Assembly: GCA_050084985.1 (NCBI GenBank) | Contig: JBITNC010000001.1 | Location: 64,666,001 to 64,730,000, forward strand | DNA: 64,000 nt | Source of the DNA: Nageia nagi | Taxonomy: Eukaryota > Plantae > Pinophyta | Direction: 5' to 3' | Part shown: positions 62,101 through 64,000 of the stretch, piece by piece | How positions within the stretch are numbered: position 1 is the stretch's first letter | Layout: every line of letters starts with the position of its first letter | Notes under the pieces: model-generated | Database searches by the model: none | What the model was told of the DNA's origin: nothing | Seen by the model: the letters and a program-made list of their open reading frames with translations, nothing else | Position numbers and translations under genes: made by a program

Positions 62101-63915
62101 ACTTCAAACTCAAGTAAAACATAACCAAAATGAAGGTCACCACACAAAGAAAGAAATGCTGCCTTTGAAACTTGAAAGTGACAAATGGAGCCCTGAATCT
62201 CACTTTTGAAGCCCGCAAACTGTCTCCTCTGCATTTTCCTCTTCCCTGCATTTTTTACTTCTGCACAGCTCCTCCAGTTTGCAAGTAGAAATTTTAAAGT
62301 GAGACTGAGAAAAGCTTTTTTTATTCATTCTGAGTTTTTGTACAGTGCAGCTTGAATAATCAGCTCAATATGCACATGCGGCCGATTATTCGGCCTAATG
62401 CATAATTGTCCAAAAATGAGCGAAAAGTTGCATATTCCAGAATATGTGATTTTTGCTTATTATTCGAAAAAGATGACTTGCAATACTTGCCAAATATTGG
62501 CTTATTTATGCTCAGAACCATTAAACATCATGGCTCATATTGAATTTGGCTTAGATACATTATGTTTGACCAAATTGCTATGCACATCTTGGAAACCCTC
62601 TGCAAGTTCCACCCCTAGAGGCTTAGAACTAGGGCAGTCCTCTTTACAGATTGCCATAACATTGATAATGGCTTGCCAATATGTAGATGAAACATTGAAG
62701 GGAACATTCGATGAAAAGAAAACTTTGTTTTTGACAATTGATCTTGTATGATTTGTAGTCATTTAGTTCTGTGAGGGTAGGTTCAGCTTGATTAGTGTGG
62801 CAAGCAGAAAGGTTGTGGGAAGTACTCTAGAGTTTGAGGTATTAGGAAGGGTAAGGGAGAAGATTAAACAGAATCATAATAGTAGCAATACAGTAATACA
62901 AACAGCATTGTTTGACTTGTTTTCAACCTTGAGAATGGAAACTGGCCAAATTTGGGTCTTGGATATGAATGTCATGGTTTTCTTTACACATGGCTAGTTA
63001 CAGGTAAGTGCAAAATTATATCACGGCCTGGTCTCTATTTTGTGAGTACCTTGAGTAAAGGAGGGTGCAATACAATTTTTGGGATAACCCAATAAGAGAC
63101 CTAAGAACTGGCACCAACAAGAATTTCCCAAAAATTGTCCTAAGATTCCTCAACTAACTATTCCATTGATTCCCAATGTCTTTAATATCCAACATTCCTA
63201 CTCCAAAAATTCTATTGGCAGGTGTGTTATGCTCCAAAAAACAAATAGAATGATTGTTTTCATCCTACAGACTTTGTGAATTTTGAACGACTTGAGGAGA
63301 ATACAAAATGGTTTTAATGATGAGTCGTTTCAATTTTCATTGTAGATAGAAACGACTTTATATCTTCGAAAAGATCACAATGAACCTGGCATTACAATTA
63401 ATACTATGCTATGTATGTTTTGTGGAATTGTTGTTTATATCATCCTGTTATAACTAACATGCAGTTCACATAATATTTTTAAAATGATCGCATATGTCTG
63501 ACAATTTAAATGTACCAGGGCTTTATGGACTTGTTCAAGTTAGCATTGTAGGAATTCTGGTTAAGGAAAACAATTATGGAACACACTATTGAAGGTGTTG
63601 ATAGCATCACAACAATAGTGAGAAAAACACATCGACTTTTAAAACGGGGGCTTGTGACATTCATAATTATAACATGACTTTGCATGAAAGAGTAATATAT
63701 GAAGGGTATTCGATTTAACTTCACAAAAACAAATTAATAAATTCAATATTCTATTCATGAAGAGAAGACAAGGTACTATCTTTAGGATACCGATAAGGTG
63801 AATAGAAACTTCATTGTTTATTAAATTGCAGGTGGACCCAGCAGTTGGTGCAGCAATGCTAGCATGGAACTATTGTCTCCAGGATAGGTTAGAAAGTACA
63901 CCAAACGACAAATGA
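4209..63915 (+). CDS. GNK: N-acetyl-D-glucosamine kinase (BadF/BadG/BcrA/BcrD ATPase family), 7 coding exons: 4209-4425, 11323-11470, 28136-28326, 37640-37768, 51499-51667, 58199-58329, 63832-63915
   Basis: All introns are GT..AG. Joined peptides give [113 protein letters not shown], the recognisable plant GlcNAc kinase sequence. As written, two 1-nt deficits (near 28141-28149 and 51664-51668) break the frame. Confidence 0.93.
6270..9520 (+). mobile_element. Degenerate Ty3/gypsy pol remnant (RT-RNaseH-additional RNaseH-integrase), Tat-clade-like; LTRs not located
   Basis: [35 protein letters not shown]; second RNase[33 protein letters not shown] (7864-8046); integrase [44 protein letters not shown]. 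Many stops. Confidence 0.85.
11323..11470 (+). CDS. GNK: GNK exon 2
   Basis: Acceptor AAGCAG|AA; [34 protein letters not shown]; donor AG|GTTTGT. Confidence 0.92.
12191..12960. mobile_element. Non-autonomous hAT-type MITE (770 bp)
   Basis: Perfect 8-bp TSD ATTATAAC (12183-12190, 12961-12968); imperfect TIRs CAGTTTTACATGG / CCATGTAACCTTG. Confidence 0.8.
13150..14560 (-). mobile_element. Old Ty1/copia RT-RNaseH fragment
   Basis: [15 protein letters not shown] (RNaseH), [13 protein letters not shown] and other decayed RT motifs on the minus strand. Confidence 0.75.
13902..14144. mobile_element. Small decayed hAT-type MITE inserted in the copia RT fragment
   Basis: 8-bp TSD ATCTGTGT (13894-13901) / ATCTGTGG (14145-14152); right end GAGTTTCATAACTATG resembles the CATAGT TIR of the hAT at 23182; removing it rejoins the copia RT motif. 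Confidence 0.65.
15993..16320. repeat. Tandem repeat, three units of about 108 bp, each made of two GAGTTCCTCACA(T/C)ATGGATAACTGAACA subunits, in the copia 3' UTR
   Basis: AAAATAGAGCATGCACATAC recurs at about 15993, 16102 and 16211. Confidence 0.9.
16461..20422 (-). pseudogene. Copia gag-pol, broken by stops and frameshifts
   Basis: gag (AKEAWDKLK), zinc knuckle [14 protein letters not shown], protease [10 protein letters not shown], integrase [30 protein letters not shown], RNase[24 protein letters not shown]. Confidence 0.9.
20547..20836. repeat. Long imperfect inverted repeat (arms about 130 bp, loop about 25 bp)
   Basis: TGCAAATGTTTTACAACTCAAATAATCCATGTA...GATGCCCACACA is mirrored by TGTGTGGCATC...TACATGGATTATTTGAGTTGTAAAACTTTTGCA; ORFs 20526+ and 20594- encode near-identical peptides. 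Confidence 0.92.
23094..23126. repeat. (TA)n microsatellite
   Basis: Uninterrupted run of about 16 TA units. Confidence 0.9.
23182..27136 (-). mobile_element. Full-length hAT DNA transposon (3955 bp), apparently autonomous
   Basis: Perfect 8-bp TSD GTGTCAAC (23174-23181, 27137-27144); TIRs CATAGTAGTAAA / TTTGCTACTATG; clustered subterminal GACTCG(G) motifs at both ends. Confidence 0.96.
23584..26336 (-). CDS. hAT transposase (BED zinc finger, DUF659-type DDE core, C-terminal dimerisation domain); exons 26336-25113, 25004-24864, 24770-24365, 24256-24041, 23927-23584; 776 aa
   Basis: Manual GT-AG splicing gives 2331 nt in frame with no internal stop. Motifs [60 protein letters not shown]. Confidence 0.9.
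28136..28326 (+). CDS. GNK: GNK exon 3 (apparent 1-nt deletion near its 5' end)
   Basis: Acceptor TTTACAG|G; [59 protein letters not shown]; donor AG|GTATAT. Confidence 0.92.
31557..33005 (+). mobile_element. 5'-truncated decayed LINE (RTE/CR1-like RT C-terminus)
   Basis: [19 protein letters not shown] and YTYLGV motifs at 31585-31800; TTTTCTTTTCTTTC-type tail; hAT sequence resumes at TCACCAAAGGC. Confidence 0.6.
32824..32951 (-). mobile_element. Short 5'-truncated poly(A) retro-insertion sharing its 3' end with the 40919-48931 retroposon
   Basis: 18-bp TSD GTCC(C/T)ATTGATCACTTTT (32806-32823, 32952-32969); poly(T) on +; reverse complement matches 48858-48898. Confidence 0.75.
33737..35257 (-). 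mobile_element. Probable solo LTR (about 1.5 kb) of a Ty3 element, with internal ATGCCAACGTGGGG(G)TCTAGG repeats
   Basis: Flanked by ATTTC (33732-33736, 35258-35262); minus strand begins TGTGACGTCCCC; removing it rejoins the hAT peptide [10 protein letters not shown]; no coding domains. Confidence 0.6.
35687..36249. mobile_element. Possible decayed MITE
   Basis: Ends CTATGTTATCAAGTTCG / CGAACTCGATAACTCAA are imperfect inverted repeats; flanks GTCAAAC / GTCATAAC are only an approximate TSD. Confidence 0.4.
37640..37768 (+). CDS. GNK: GNK exon 4
   Basis: Acceptor TTCAG|T; [43 protein letters not shown]; donor GG|GTATGT. Confidence 0.92.
39628..39684 (-). pseudogene. trnH: Partial organellar (plastid-type) tRNA-His(GUG) copy: 3' two-thirds, with point changes
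   Basis: GGCAAATGATGGGAATTGAACCCGCTCGTGGTGGATTTACAATCCACT..GCCTTGA matches the reverse complement of plastid trnH as recalled (GGCGAACGACGGGAATTGAACCCGCGC..TGGTGGATTCACAATCCACTGCCTTGA); the 5' arm is missing. Confidence 0.85.
41030..47097 (+). mobile_element. Non-autonomous LTR retroelement (LARD-like) of chromovirus origin
   Basis: LTRs 41030-41952 and 46177-47097 (TG..CA); TSD CGAAT/CAAAT; PBS TGGTATCAGAGC at 41956-41967; 4.2-kb interior has only a gag-like start (KMTIPTFNG) and a LEDKQF end, with no RT or INT motifs. Confidence 0.9.
47217..48273 (+). pseudogene. Decayed ORF of unknown function in the retroposon (about 350 codons; structured N-terminus, acidic low-complexity C-terminus)
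   Basis: [60 protein letters not shown] (one stop, frameshift) continues into ORF 47587-48273 [44 protein letters not shown]. Confidence 0.65.
49330..50156 (+). mobile_element. Possible LTR-element remnant: PPT plus short LTR (49918-50156)
   Basis: GAGGGGAG followed by TGTTAGAA...TTTAAACA; no partner LTR or TSD found. Confidence 0.4.
50763..50923 (+). pseudogene. Degenerate duplicate of GNK exon 6 plus the start of intron 6, located in intron 4
   Basis: CTTGTGATGGTTGGTGGTGTCTTTGAAACTGAT...ATATCCAAGGAATTTCCAGGAGTTATT...GTTAG aligns to 58219-58381; lacks the acceptor and has a 1-nt deletion. Confidence 0.9.
51499..51667 (+). CDS. GNK: GNK exon 5
   Basis: Acceptor TGGCAG|A; [56 protein letters not shown]; donor AG|GTTAGA. 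Confidence 0.92.
51942..58050 (-). mobile_element. Young full-length Ty3/gypsy chromovirus (Reina-like)
   Basis: LTRs 51942-52627 and 57366-58050 nearly identical; perfect TSD GAGAA (51937-51941, 58051-58055); PBS TGGTATCAGAGCTG (57351-57364); PPT GGGAGGGGAGGA. Confidence 0.97.
52623..57323 (-). pseudogene. Chromovirus gag-pol (gag, PR, RT, RH, INT, chromodomain), split into four ORFs
   Basis: [61 protein letters not shown], chromodomain [16 protein letters not shown]; frameshifts near 56735, 53470 and 52668; in-frame TAG at 52860-52862. Confidence 0.92.
58199..58329 (+). CDS. GNK: GNK exon 6
   Basis: Acceptor TTGCAG|AT; [43 protein letters not shown]; donor AAG|GTTAGT. Confidence 0.9.
59447..62470 (-). 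mobile_element. Decayed hAT transposon (third transposase-bearing copy); far end approximate
   Basis: TIR-like CATAGTTGG at 59447; [45 protein letters not shown] and TGCESNWS motifs. Confidence 0.82.
63832..63915 (+). CDS. GNK: GNK exon 7 (terminal coding exon)
   Basis: Acceptor TTGCAG|GTG; [27 protein letters not shown]; TGA at 63913-63915. Confidence 0.9.
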   Translation: MDPAVGAAMLAWNYCLQDRLESTPNDK

Positions 63916-64000
63916 TACAAGATCCATCATTGGTCTATCATATTGATTTGTAACTATGCAAGATATATTGCATAAATTTGATTTCAAATTTATTGCCCTT

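Overview
AT-rich plant nuclear DNA. The giant TE-filled introns suggest a large-genome lineage such as a gymnosperm or fern, but the taxon cannot be determined from the sequence. Almost the whole window is one + strand gene for N-acetylglucosamine kinase (GNK, BadF/BadG/BcrA/BcrD ATPase family). It has 7 coding exons (4209-63915, 1069 nt as written, about 356 aa once two single-base gaps are restored) and six introns of 5.5-16.7 kb. A decayed Helitron Rep/PIF1 helicase lies just upstream. The introns hold a Tat-like Ty3 remnant, a full-length Ty1/copia containing an apparently intact hAT transposon, two decayed hATs, MITEs, a LINE fragment, a solo LTR, a three-level nest (copia > poly(A) retroposon > non-autonomous LTR element) and a very young chromovirus. 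The most unusual observations are: (1) a TSD-flanked poly(A) retroposon that encodes no RT but carries an unknown protein, with a second truncated copy in the window; (2) an hAT intron apparently born by duplication of a CAG|GT site; (3) a plastid-type trnH fragment captured between 71-bp duplications; (4) a decayed copy of GNK exon 6 in intron 4; (5) two frameshifts in GNK that look like homopolymer errors. All family assignments come from motif recognition by eye; no searches were run.
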